DNA of 64,000 nt from Eledone cirrhosa (Eukaryota), in contig OZ024740.1 in assembly GCA_964016885.1 (NCBI GenBank), positions 161,882,001 to 161,946,000 of the forward strand. The letters run 5' to 3'. Below are positions 49,677 through 62,330 of this stretch, one piece after another. The notes under the pieces were generated by a model. The model saw nothing but the letters and a program-made list of their open reading frames with translations. It was not told the DNA's origin and made no database searches. The translations under genes were made by a program, and so were the position numbers. Position 1 is the stretch's first letter. Each line of letters starts with the position of its first letter.

Positions 49677-49924
49677 TGCTGTTGTTGATGCCCAGTCTGA
49701 ACAGATAGCTGGGCATTGGTGGGTGTGGAAGACCGAGCCTGTGCTTGTGCCTGGGCCTGAGCTTGAGCCCACTTTGGTAAAATCCTTCGTCGTGCATTGG
49801 TGAACCAGTAGTTGATTTGATTGATAGTAAGACCAGTTTGCTTGATTAACATTGCCTTCTCATCGTCATTGGGATAAGGATTGTCTTTATGGTTCCGTAG
49901 CCATTCCAACATTATTGCTACAGC
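49136..49924 (-). CDS. TALE-class homeobox gene, last coding exon (homeodomain helices 1-3 plus Q/N/S-rich tail)
   Basis: Acceptor ttttcttttattgcAG at 49925-49926; [52 protein letters not shown] (PYP loop, WFxNARRR); open to TGA at 49136. Confidence 0.93.
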
Positions 49925-50357
49925 CTGCAATAAAAGAAAAGAGCAAAAAATCAACATAATGATGGAAAATATAAGACTATTGGAATCATAATACAAAAAA
50001 CAACATGACATAACTATATACACACAATCTGCAAAACATTGGGCTACTAGAGACTACACATATATTATGTAAATATATGTGTGGAACAAAGGATTGTATG
50101 AGGCAACTCTTGAAAGACAGTTTTAGTGCTTTCAAGGGCACAATAAAATACACCCAGTCCATACTGTAAAACAGATGTCCAAAAAGATTATGAAAATAAC
50201 TATCATGATATTTTGCCCTCTGATGTTCCAATTCTCCAATCTACCTCCATTTAATAATCTTGATTTTATGTTTAAATATTATAAAGGGCTATAAATAAAT
50301 ACAACAGTGTATTTTGTCAGACATATAATAATCTTGGCAATCCACAATAATGTTTCT

Positions 50358-50527
50358 ACTTTGGGCACAGGGCCAGCAATTACCCCAGTACATTACTGGT
50401 GCTTTATTTTATCGACCCTGTAAGGATGAAGGCAAAGTTAACCTGGCGGGATTTGAACTCAGAACGCAAAGGGCCATAACTCCTATGTTGCAAAGCATGG
50501 TGTCTGATGCTCTACTGATACTGTCAA
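50358..50527 (-). mobile_element. Family A SINE (intronic), followed by a related diverged copy to ~50730
   Basis: Reverse complement of the family A consensus. Confidence 0.8.
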
Positions 50528-51572
50528 TAATAAGGTTTCTAATGAAGGCACAAAGCCAGAAAGTTGTAGGGAGAGGAACAATCAATGCTACTGACCCCTG
50601 TTATTTGACTGGTACTTTATATTATCAACCACAGAAAGATGAAAGACTAAGTTGGCCTCAGTGAGATTTGAACTCAGAATGTATAGAGCTGGAGGAAATA
50701 TCACAAGGCATCTTGTCCGAGAGTCTAATGATTCAACCAGTCCTCAATGAAAGCAACAACAATAGCAGTAATATACAAAACTACCAGAGTGCTTCAAAGA
50801 AAAATAATCAGTCTCTCGACCAGGTGGAAGTGTGTTGTACATCATCATTTTTATGTCCACTTTTCCATGTTGGCATGGTTTGGACAGGATGATTTGAGAT
50901 ATGGTTTTACAGCCAGATGCCCTTCTTGAAGCCAACTGTTTTTGTCACCCCTCACAACATGCAGGGAAATGGTGTATCTATTTTAAAAACCGGGATACAC
51001 ACAGCAATATATGTAAATTTATTTTAAGTTCTCTAATTTATACAGTTTCACTTTTTTCGCTCCTTGCACTTCACATGAAATTTTTCTCTAACAAGGTCTT
51101 CTACATGTCTAGAAAAAAAACATTGGATGTTTTTCTATGAAACTGGAGCAGACATACAAGAACTAACATCATCCATGCTACCAGACAAAAATATATTCCT
51201 ATTTATTTATATATATAAACATACAGCATTCCAAAACTACCAAATTTCTTTGATTGAGTTATCATTATTCTCATTGCCTCTTAAATAAACAGGTGTATAC
51301 ATCAATTACACTAGGTATTCATGAGAGATGGCACCAGCTCAACAGGTGCAGTTTCCACCACTTAGCATTGGCAACTGATGGATGTAGATGGAATTATTAT
51401 TATTAATATTAATACCAACAACAACAATAAAAACAATATTAAATTCAGCAATGAGTCGGCTGCTGTTTGTTTATATAACAACACCTCTGTCATTTTACCT
51501 AATAATATGTTTATTTCAGTAATGTTTCATATTGATGGAGAATTCAATAGTGTATCTATTCATGTGACTTAC

Positions 51573-51683
51573 CTCTTTAGGCAAACTTGGATGTTTCTTT
51601 GATTCTGATTTGGCACTATGGTTACTGCTACTGCTTACAACACTACCAGTATCACTCATGCTATCTGGCTGTTCTTTTAAAAC
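51573..51683 (-). CDS. TALE homeobox gene, internal exon (37 aa, homeodomain N-terminal arm)
   Basis: tttctttcttttgctAG / GTaagt; phase 0-0; VLKEQPDSMSDTGSVVSSSSNHSAKSESKKHPSLPKE joins in frame to give the TALE-typical LPKEAV. Confidence 0.9.
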
Positions 51684-53644
51684 CTAGCAAAAGAAAGAAA
51701 AACGTTTATATGAAAAACAAATGATCAGATAGCATTTTTTGGAAATGAAGTCTCATCATTAGGTATCGTCTGTTCTCAGAGCTGCCAATTTGGCAGTCAT
51801 CAGAGCCTTCAATCAAAATGTCTTGTCCTATTTGTTCTGCATTTTGTGTTCATATCTCACTGAGGTCAACTTTGTTTTCAACCTTTCAGAGTCAATAAAT
51901 AAAGTACTAGCAACAGATTGGTATACATTTAGGTTTCTGTTCTGGTTTTGTGCATTCTGAGTTTAAATCATTCTTACAGAATTGAGGAAAATGGTGACAT
52001 GATAGGACTGGTGCCTCTAGCATTAAAAGACCCAAGAAACCTCCCATGTGATGCAACCTCATAGGAGGCTAGTTATATCTATGCAGATGTGAGCCATAAC
52101 ATTAACTTCATTTGCTCTTGACTGGCTGAATGCCATGAATTACTCTAATGCTATCCATAGTTAACTATGTGTGTGTATATGGTAGAATTTGAAGCCAGAA
52201 AACAAAGCAACCCAACTCTGGCATTCTAATAATTCCACTAGATAAGTACTTTACCAACCCTTAAAAGATAAAAATAATGTTTATCTCTGAGGTATATGAA
52301 CTCAGAACCTAAAATGCAGGAAAACATACTGCAATGCATTCATATCTGAAACTCTAGCATTTCTGGCTATTTGCTTTCTTTATACACAAGCTCTAACCAA
52401 ATTCAGTTCAGATAAAGAAAATACTAAATAGATTCATGTATAAATCCTTTCTCAATTTTTGACTCAGTACTTGATTTGAATTTAGGTTTAATAAGTCCAG
52501 TATAAGTCGCAGTCTGGTCTTTACATTATATTTACATTGAAAAGGGTGCAATTTATAAATGAGTATATACACTATATAAAACATTAACTATTAGTTGAAG
52601 TTTACCATCGATATATGACCAAGGGAACTTTAAAACAATTAGCTCCAGTCAAGGCTGACTTGAGGTTTACAGCTCCAAGGAAGAAAGGTAATTCAGACAT
52701 AAAAAACATCTCAATTTTCTTCTTCTAAGAAATCACAGCTTAAGGTTAGAATCTTCATCACAAAGAACCTAGCCATGCCCACTAGAAAAACATTTTTTTC
52801 TTTTATGGTTTTTCAGGTATTCTGAATGTTTTACAACATAACACCTATATACAGGGAGTGGATGGTCAAATTAAGAAACAGGAAAGTGACTACATTGACA
52901 ATATCAAGATATAATTCTTCCAGGCTGTTCTATCATTTAAATCAAACATAAGTATTGTTATTGATAGAAGCTAACTTTTGTACAACTAAAAATAGTAAAC
53001 CATAAGACTGAGATATAAGCCAAAGCTGTGTAAATACAAAACTATTTCATATGTATTACATTAATATTTTTGTAATACTCAAAATCAAAGAACTCAATAC
53101 AAATACAAAACAGTACAATGAACCCATAATTAACAAAATATCAATCTTAAAGTTAAAAATGTTTTTCAAGACTTGCAAGATTGGTGGGGGAAAGTTATCT
53201 AGAGAACAGTGACCTTTCCCTGAATATTTGCAACAAAGCAGACTCCGATAAATGCATCTGGGACCAGGTGGTGGTGTTAAATTAGGCTAGTTTAATTAGA
53301 AAAACTGGCTACTGTCTATACTGTTTGCATTTACTGAATTTCATTCACAAGATATTGATCAATCCTAAACTATGGTAGAAGACACCTATTCAACAGACCA
53401 GGCAGCAACACTGTAACTGAAACTACACAGCCATGTCAGCACCATAATGATAATTATAAAATAATTCCATTCTTTTTTTAAGTAATAGCCTGCCAAAGTA
53501 TTTTAAGCTAGAAAATAATAAATCAGTCCTTTAGAGTTTATTTAAGAAATGTTTATGAAGAGTTTTCCATAATTCTCAATTAGAAAACTATGATATTTTT
53601 TTGAGTTATAAAAGAGAAGCATTTTTATTTTTATTTTTACATAC

Positions 53645-53770
53645 CTCTAAAGGTAAACGTGGACCTTTTGTTGGATCTGTCAAGAAAGCATTTCTGCAGA
53701 AAACCTGGTTACCACATGGCTGACCATTACTAGCTGAATTACCATGGATACAAGCACCAGGATCCATCGA
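53645..53770 (-). CDS. TALE homeobox gene, internal exon (42 aa)
   Basis: cttcctttctAG / GTatgt; 126 nt open, phase 0-0; SMDPGACIHGNSASNGQPCGNQVFCRNAFLTDPTKGPRLPLE. Confidence 0.72.
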
Positions 53771-56700
53771 CTAGAAAGGAAGTAACGAGAGAAAATTTAA
53801 AACCAAAATCTAGAAAACTGATTCTTGTATGCCCCCTCCAACAAATAAACAATGTTTCCTTGTTATTTTTTTATATGAGAGAGGGAGGTTTGAAATGATT
53901 CACTGGATAACATATGGAATTTTAATCTAAATGCAAAAGATGAATTTTCAAACAGAAAGGCTCAATTTATATTGTATACACTAAAGGAATTAAACAAAAA
54001 CACCACCATATGAACAAAGAATACTAGATCATATTCAAGAATGTATTTTCTAGGAAAATATTAGAAAATTTCTGAATTATTTAAAATCTATCTAAATACT
54101 ATTCAACCATAATACTATATGTCAACAAATATAATGGGAACACATTTTATATTCTTTTAGAATACTAGTCTGTGGCCATGATGGGACACCACCATCTAAG
54201 ATAAAGTCAATTGTATTGAAGGATTTGAACAAAGAATATACCAATTCTATATATAGTTCAGAAGAATAAGTTAATTTACAATGCATGGATGAGATAATTT
54301 CAATTGCACGGATGAGATAATTTCATTGTTGGAACATTTGATTTTCTTTGATTTTCTTCAGCCAAATGCTGCTAACTACTGGGCTGTGAAGTATTATAGA
54401 AATGGAGTCCCTTATTCATTTATCAGGCAGGCAAACTGAAGTAAACAATATTAGATATCTTGCCCAGGTGTACAAAACAACAACAGATCTATACCCAAAG
54501 GTTTTATACAGCCAGCCTTCTACTGAGATGACTGAACACCCATGAGAAATATCTAACTAGTAACAGTTTCATGGTTATATTATTTAGCTTGGAATTTGAC
54601 TGATGGTACCAGTTCAAGTATTCATTCCTTCCTCCTGTGTCACACCACTCAAGGAATTCTCTTTTAAACTTTGTTAGAAAGAAATTAGATATATGGCAAC
54701 AGGTCACAGTAAGTTGAGAGTATCTGCTTAAAACATTAAGACTGGGTCACATACAAAAACATATATTGAGAGAAAGATAGATAACAGATAGACAGTCTAG
54801 AGTAAAATCTAATACAGAAGAAATACAAACAATATTACAATACAAAGTAGCAAAAATTAATTAAGATAAAATTAATACACAACTAAAGATAACTGCTTAA
54901 AAAAATACACAACTTTCTGTCATTAGTTACTTAAATCTCTCATTTGAGCCATAAAATAGTTTAATATAGATAATAAAAATATATTTATGTAAGGGAAGGG
55001 GGATATCTTCATTACACCAACTGAAATCCATTAATTTTATGTGCAATGATAAGACAAAGCAGAACAGTGCTGATAAAATTACAAGAACTGGAAATATACT
55101 GGAACTTATGCTTGTACCAAAATGACTCCCAAGGGTTGTAACAAGAAAAAGAAAAAAAACATTAAGCAGAGTCAATAAAGGTTAGCAAAAGAATTTAGAT
55201 TGGTGAGTAAGGAAAATCTAGTTTATTTCATTTCTTGATTATAGAATTCTAGTCATAGTCTTGTTGGCTTTGCTGTACATTTTGAACCTTTCTGTTACAT
55301 GTGTTACCAATTGGAGAACAAAATACATATATATATATAAGATTCTCTGAGATATTAATCAACACACCAGAAAAAACATAGCATGCAAACAGTGCTGGAT
55401 ATATACAAGTCTGTGCAAGGCTGGTAATAAGTCCAGTCCAGATGAGAAATACAGACTCCATTTCAAACAGCTCATTTTAGTAATCAGTGCTAAATAGACA
55501 TGGTACATGTTACAGGTTTATACATGTGCATATAGTGTAAATGATGCACTTACAAATCCAACTGTAGTCAATTTTACTTTCCATTCTTCTGAAAGTTATA
55601 AAATAAAATATATATGATATCTAGGGCAGTGGAGTGGCAAAATCGTTAGAACATCAAATAGAACCCCTTGTGATATATATTCTGGGTTTCTATTCTGAAT
55701 TCAAACCCCAGCAAAGCCTACATGGCTGGTAAAGTTAATCTGTCTTCTTCTAAAATACCCCTACATAGTCCTTCGGTACTTTTAGCAGGGTGTTCTTTAT
55801 TGTAAGCATCCAGTCCAGGTCTTCAGTTAGAGGATACTTTCCTCTATACTGCCATTCTTGAAGACCCCTAAATATGGACACAGGCATTGCCTTTCCTTCT
55901 CGATAAGCAATAGAAAAGAAAGACAAAATTCTGGACGGTCAACTTATAGATAATGAGCTAAAATTTCCTGCTAGTATTTTGTTTTGTCTATTGCAAGGCA
56001 CTTATTTTTATGTCTTGATTTCAGACATGTGTATAGAATAGGTAAAATCTAGAGGACTTTACCTCACATATACTTACTGCCATGAAAGCAGGAAGAAGAT
56101 CCAGCATTTTATGAGCACTTTGGGACAGGTGGAGACCTATATTTTTGCATGTATTTTCTGACATTAAAGGATGTCAGCTGAAGAAAGGGACCACATATCT
56201 ACACTTTGAACCTTTGCAACTTTCCTAAAGCAAAGCAACTAAAAAACTGATAGCTTAATCTGCTAGAGAGACATAGATAGATAGACAGATAGATAGAGAG
56301 AGAGAGAAAAAGAGAGAGAATAAAAAACATGCATATTCAAGCAGACACACAAGCACACAGAGATATACACCAGTATTTTAGATTAGATGAAAACCTTAAA
56401 ATACTGATATCGGTTTAGCTATCTTAATTCAATTCTGTGATTTAAAAAAACCACAACAAAATGAACAAATTAACGTGAACAAACAGAATGGTAACTGCTG
56501 CTGTAAAGATTATTTTTAAGAGAGAGACAGATACATGTTTAATAACAACCTAATCACAGTTACTCGTTTCTATTGTCAGATCTTGAGAAATGTTTAAAAA
56601 ACACTAATTATTCCAGTGCTAAACTTCACAGTTATTCAACAAATCTCTTCTCTTCTCCCCATCCCACCTCACTCTACATTCTCTCTTCCTTCTTTGTTCA

Positions 56701-57164
56701 CTTTTATGGTTTGATAAAAAATTTTTTTGTCTTCGAAAGTTTTGTAAATACTTTTCCTATATTTTGAATTAACAACACGTATTATACTGATACTATATCA
56801 GTTGACATATTCTGACAACCTCTTACTATGTGCCATTGTTAAAATTACTTATAATTGAATTACCATTTCAACATGATAACCTCTGGAAAACATTTTTTGG
56901 CAGTAGAAGTGTATATATAGTAATTTTCTTTTCTGCTTCTAAATATATTCAGAGCAGTTAATATACTATAATTAATAAATATTCAATACATCTGATCAGC
57001 TCTGATTTAAGGTCATGACATGGTGATAACTAAATATACACCCTCAAATGAAAAGCACAAGATTAATAAATCAGATATAATCTACTATTAGAATATCCAT
57101 TCCAGTACAGTGGACCTTGTGGCAATGAAAATCATGGTAACAAATGCTTTTTCATTAATTTGGT

Positions 57165-57575
57165 CTTCTTCGCTCACTTATTCCTGAGAGGGTCATGGGG
57201 GCAGAATTCTCGAACACTCCTTCCAGTGGGTCCTGTCAGAAGCAACATTCTTCAATTGTTCCGGCTGGATCCCCAAGCATGACCAGCCAAGCTCACGGAT
57301 GTTATCCAACCATCTTGCTCAGGGTCTACCCCTGGGTATGTTGCCGGTTGATTTTGCCAATAAAATCTGTCCAGCGATTCTTTTCTGAGACATTTCAAAC
57401 CACATGCCCATAGTATTGGAGCTGTGATCTCTCAATTCGGAGAAATAGCGGCTCTACCTGGAGTGACTCTATGGTCTCCGAGTTGTGCACCCTTTATCGA
57501 GTAATGTTACTCCAAAGACCCTTTGGAGGAACCTCCATTTCGGCCGCTTGTATTCGCGATCATATACTTTCATTT
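57165..57575 (-). mobile_element. RTE-like LINE 3' fragment (intronic)
   Basis: Minus-strand remnants RIQAAEM/RFLQRVFGVTLLDK and QILLAKSTGNIPRGRP. Confidence 0.65.
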
Positions 57576-57623
57576 GGTTATACATAAAATCATGTTAATG
57601 AATGATTTCCATATAAAAATAAT

Positions 57624-57800
57624 TGTTTCTACTTTTAGGCACAAGCCCAGCAATTACCCAGAACATTACTGGTACTTTATTTTATCAACCCCGTAAGGAT
57701 GAAAGGCAAAGTCAACCTCGGCGGGATTTGAACTCAGATCGTAAAGGGACGTAACTATGCTGGAAAGCATGGCGTCCGACCCTCTACCGATACTGCCAAT
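57624..57800 (-). mobile_element. Family A SINE with TSD tccatataaaaataat
   Basis: TSD at 57608-57623 and 57800-57815; near-identical to the reverse complement of 62150-62330. Confidence 0.9.
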
Positions 57801-59158
57801 CCATATAAAAATAATGAATTAAAAACAAAGTATGAAACGTTGCATGGGCTTGCTCATGCAGAGTGTGTGGGTGTATTAGTGTATTTGATAAGCTTTTCTA
57901 GACATTTGGCTTGTTTTGCATTTAATCTGTATCTCTCAATAATTTGGTGACTGCTACATAGGTCCACACCCTTCAGTTAATAATATGTATGACACATCAC
58001 AAAATAAATATAAACAAGAAGCACCCAGCCAATACTGTACATGTGGTTGGTGTCAAGAAGGGCATCCAGCTGTAGAAACCAAGCTAGAAACAGTTCTGTA
58101 AGAGCAAGACACAGCCTCCAACCAGACAACCCGTGTAACCTATCCTAGTGTGGAAAAATGGACGTTAAACAATGATGATAATTGAAAGCAAAATTTTCTT
58201 TCTGTTTATTCATTCTAGTCTTTATTGTATAAGTGTTATTACACTGCTTTATTTATAATTTGTTTTATTAATATTTTAAGGGATGTTTTGGATGTATACA
58301 TTGAGGTTCTGGAACGAATTATCCATACATTTTAGTTGATGTGGTAATAAATTCTGCTCCCACAACCCTCTTGGGAATAAGTGGGAGGTGGAGGAAGAGG
58401 AGGAGGAGAAAAAGCAACAGCAGACATTTTTGTGATAATCTATGAGATTCAGGAACAAATTAGATTTATTACCAAAGGGTCCAGACTATGCTTGTTTGCG
58501 GCTGTTACAGCTCACACCATTGTAGGTTTAACAAGCCACCTATAAGGTTGCCTTTCTTAGGGGATTTTTCTTGCCCCAGTCCTATCATGACACCATTTTT
58601 CCAATGACAAGAAGCAGCATTTGAATACAGAATATACATAGAAAAAGAGAAACTGCAGAGTATATTGGCTGATATGTTAAGAAATCTGGCAAGTCAGTGA
58701 GAGCTAGAAGGAATATTGTGAGGCATTTTATTTGACAATCTAATGACTTCGCTAATTTGCCACTTAACTATATAGATTAACTAATTGCAAATGAATACTA
58801 AATAGTATAGTTAATTAATTCATTGTATATTCTGAACAAATTAAATGTTATGTAAAAATTATACAAAACAAATATATTCTTTGGCTTCAACATGGCAACA
58901 GTTCACACAATACTTCTTCACGATGTCCACAAATGAAAACAATTCTATTAAGACATACAACAAATCAGTTCTTATCAAGCTATTTATTGTGATGTTGTCT
59001 TGCAGAAAATGTTCATGTTACAACTTGTAGTTTGCTGAGACACTGCAGGATGTGACATTACCCTTTAGAAAGTAAATACCAGAGAGTGATAAAGAGAATA
59101 GAAACACCAGCTATTTAAAGATTAATGAAGTAGTTTGTAGTCATAAATATAAACAGAG

Positions 59159-59230
59159 GTGTTGATGGTGTAATGGTTAACACAGTTGCTTTACAATCAC
59201 TCAAGCTGGTTTCAACTCCTGGCTGACACA
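59159..59230 (+). pseudogene. tRNA-Gly(TCC)-derived pseudogene
   Basis: 72 nt colinear with eukaryotic tRNA-Gly-TCC (GCGTTGGTGGTATAGTGGTTAGCATAGCTGCCTTCCAAGCAG...), with many substitutions that break the stems and anticodon. Confidence 0.65.
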
Positions 59231-59789
59231 TTTCCTTTCACGGCCATTATTTTGTAGGCACGCACATGGCTGTGGAGTAAAAAGGTTGCTTTACAACCAC
59301 ACAGTAGCACCTAGTGCAAATGGCTTCTACTATAACTATGGGATGTTCAACAATGCCTTGTGGGTAAAATTGGTAGACGGGATCTGTAAAAAAAATCCCA
59401 TTGTGTGTGTGTGTGTTGTCAGTTTACTACATGCTTCTTCATATTATCCAACACATGCCATAGAGATGATGATAAGGATAATGAGAGTAGTTCTAGTAGT
59501 AGTAAATACAAACAGTTTGCCACAAGATGGAATAAGTTAGTTGGATTTGAAAATGAAAAGAAGCCTGAAATTTCATGCTGAGCCATCCATCAAAAAAGTG
59601 AAAATTCAACTTCCCCACAGCAAATAAATATATCCCATTTTACAAACTATTTGTATACAGTATTTATCAATGCAGACCATCACTAGTTTCTTCAAATTCT
59701 ATGATTTCCCTATTTTCCATTGAGGTCAGCTTTGCTTTTTATCCTTTCAGAACTGATGAAATAAAATACCAGTCTATGACAATGAATAG

Positions 59790-59963
59790 GTGGCCGGTAG
59801 AGGGTTGGACGCCATGCTTTGATGCAGAGAGTTACGGCCCTTGCCATTCTGAGTTCAAATCCCGCCGAGGTTAACTTTGCCTTTCATCCTACGGGGTCGA
59901 TAAAATAAAGTACCAGTAATGTACTGGGTAATTGCTGGCCTTGTGCCAATAGTAGAAACAATT
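59790..59963 (+). mobile_element. Family A SINE (intronic)
   Basis: Matches 30177-30360. Confidence 0.85.
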
Positions 59964-60782
59964 GTTAGATAGAGAGCATTGTAGTATTTGCTCTAGTCCT
60001 TAGTAATCTGAGTTCAAATCCCACTGTAGTTTACTTGCATGGTAGATAGAATGTGTTCCCAAAATTATAAACACATGGTTGTTGGGTGCATTTAGTGGAG
60101 TCCACGCTGTGGCAATTTCTGGTATGATATTATTATGTTTGTGTCAGATATCCTTTATTTTTCGAGAGGCTTTAAGAAAATATATATAAAAAGAGTGCAA
60201 ATATACAATATTTATCTGTATATTTGTATATGATTATCATTATCATTTTACATATGATTATTATACTAGCATGAGTTGGATGAGTTGTCACAGTCTGTGA
60301 CTAGACAAATTGGAAAATCATGCTTTGCTGGTACATTCTATTTCGGACACAGTTTCTACAGCTGGATGCCCTTCTGAATATTAATCATTTTACAGAGTAT
60401 GCTGGATACATTTTATCATACCACAGTACTGGAGAGATCATTATATCTCAGCATGACTAAAGGATCTTCAAAGCTACATCGTTTCTGTTTAGTTGCTAGC
60501 ACTTTCCAAAATATAGTGGGTGCATTCTATCATGGCCCCTGCACTATTAACTTTGCTTTGGGACTCACAAGACCAAAGGAGTATTCACTATTGTACACTG
60601 TCTTTGTACATTCAAGGCAACATGACCAAAACAGTAAATAGAAAAGAGAGCAATGACAGTAGGATAGGAGTGAAATAGTGAGGAGTACGAGAGTGATTAA
60701 ATTAGTGATATTTTTTCTTCTGCAATGCCAGATCAATAGGACAGATGTGAGATCAATAAATAAAAATGTTTGCTATACTTAC

Positions 60783-60892
60783 AGCATTATGTTTTGATCG
60801 GTCAAATTTTTCACAGAATTCTTCTATAGCAGTTATAGATTGTGATGCTCCTTTGATACGTTTATCTTGTTCCTGTTTACTTCGGATTTTTT
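60783..60892 (-). CDS. Probable upstream exon of the same gene
   Basis: ctttttatcttactAG / GTaagt; 110 nt, phase 1-0; [36 protein letters not shown], frame-compatible with the next exon. Confidence 0.68.
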
Positions 60893-62142
60893 CTAGTAAG
60901 ATAAAAAGATATGAAAAGTGACATTAGAACTATGAAAAGAATTACAACAATCTCACAAACTACATACACTTATATAAATAAAATAGAATAGCATAGGTTG
61001 TCAATACAGCACTGATATAAAAGTTAATTGATAGAGCAGTTGTCATATTTTGTCATCTAACCCTTATAAGATTTTCTAAAAATTGTGGAATCTATACCAA
61101 AGTTGTCTTAGAGAGAATTTATTCATTAATAAAGAAAATAAAAATAATTTTATTAGATGGTACTTTATTTTGTGGAACACCATAATGTTTTCAGAGAAAC
61201 CTGGATTCCTTGACCCCACCCCCAACTGCAATAGAGAATTGGTCTTTAGGCCCAGATAAGCCTTGATCAAACACACATCGATGATTAAAAGACATTTCAA
61301 CCATGGCAATTGCGATTTTTTTTCTTTCTTAAGATACATTGAATCTAGGATCATATTATATTTCTCTTTTTAAGACAGGTAGTGATTTGAGAGATCTGGT
61401 TGCTATTTCTAGCACGATGGGCTTTACTATTTGATGCAGGTTAATATTTCTACAATACTATAGTTATGAGGAAATATCCAGACAGAAAAAAACAACAACA
61501 AAAGCAAACAAAAAATATTAAATTAAAATATTACATAACACACTCAACATAAAATTCTTATATATATTTCAACACAATCTTGCACTTAATAAAAACAATT
61601 TGGTTCTAACAAAAACATTGCACTTCCCTTAAGTAGTTCTTAAGTAGTCTCTCATTAATTACTTCACATTACAGTTCTGCCTACTAACTAACTATGATTA
61701 AGAATCATCATTCTTCCAATGAAACTCTAGTTCTCATATTATCCAGCCTCTCTTCAAGCTAACCAAAAAAACACAAACCCTTATTCTTAACCATTTAAGA
61801 CTGTCTATATATGCTCCTTCTCTGCTCCACAATTGTAATCATATGACTCACAGAAAGTCTAAACGATTCCATTAAAATATATATTTGTACATACACACAC
61901 ACACACATATATATATGGGAGTATATGTAATTGATTCAATACATAGACCCAAGTTCTTACAATGAAGGTCATCATCATCATTAACATCACCATTGACATC
62001 ATCATTATTTAACATCCACTTCCTCTGCTAGCAAGGTTTGGATGGGTCTACATAGACTAAGTCAGTGCTGAAGCGAGGTCACTGACATCCCAGACAGGCC
62101 GAAGAGGGCTGTATCCCACTTACATATGGTCATTATTGAGAA

Positions 62143-62330
62143 GGGCGGTGGATTGGCAGTATCGGTGGAGGGTCGGACGCCATGCTTTCCAGCATAGTTA
62201 CGTCCCTTTACGATCTGAGTTCAAATCCTACCGAGGTTGACTTTGCCTTTCATCCTTACGGGGTCGATAAAATAAAGTACCAGTAATGTACTGGGTAATT
62301 GCTGGCCTTGTGCCAAAAGTAGAAACAATT
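62143..62330 (+). mobile_element. Family A SINE, full length, TSD attattgag
   Basis: Complete A/B boxes and tail; TSD at 62132 and 62328. Confidence 0.9.

Noticed and set aside
49925-50023. N-terminal 33 aa of the 295-aa ORF
   Set aside because: Intronic polypyrimidine tract; the homeodomain continues correctly from exon 51573-51683
55720-55870. Possible extra minus-strand exon of the homeobox gene
   Set aside because: The frame ends in a stop, there is no convincing donor site, and the flanks look repeat-derived
59159-59230. Functional tRNA with TAC anticodon
   Set aside because: The body is Gly-TCC-like with broken anticodon and T arms; treated as a pseudogene
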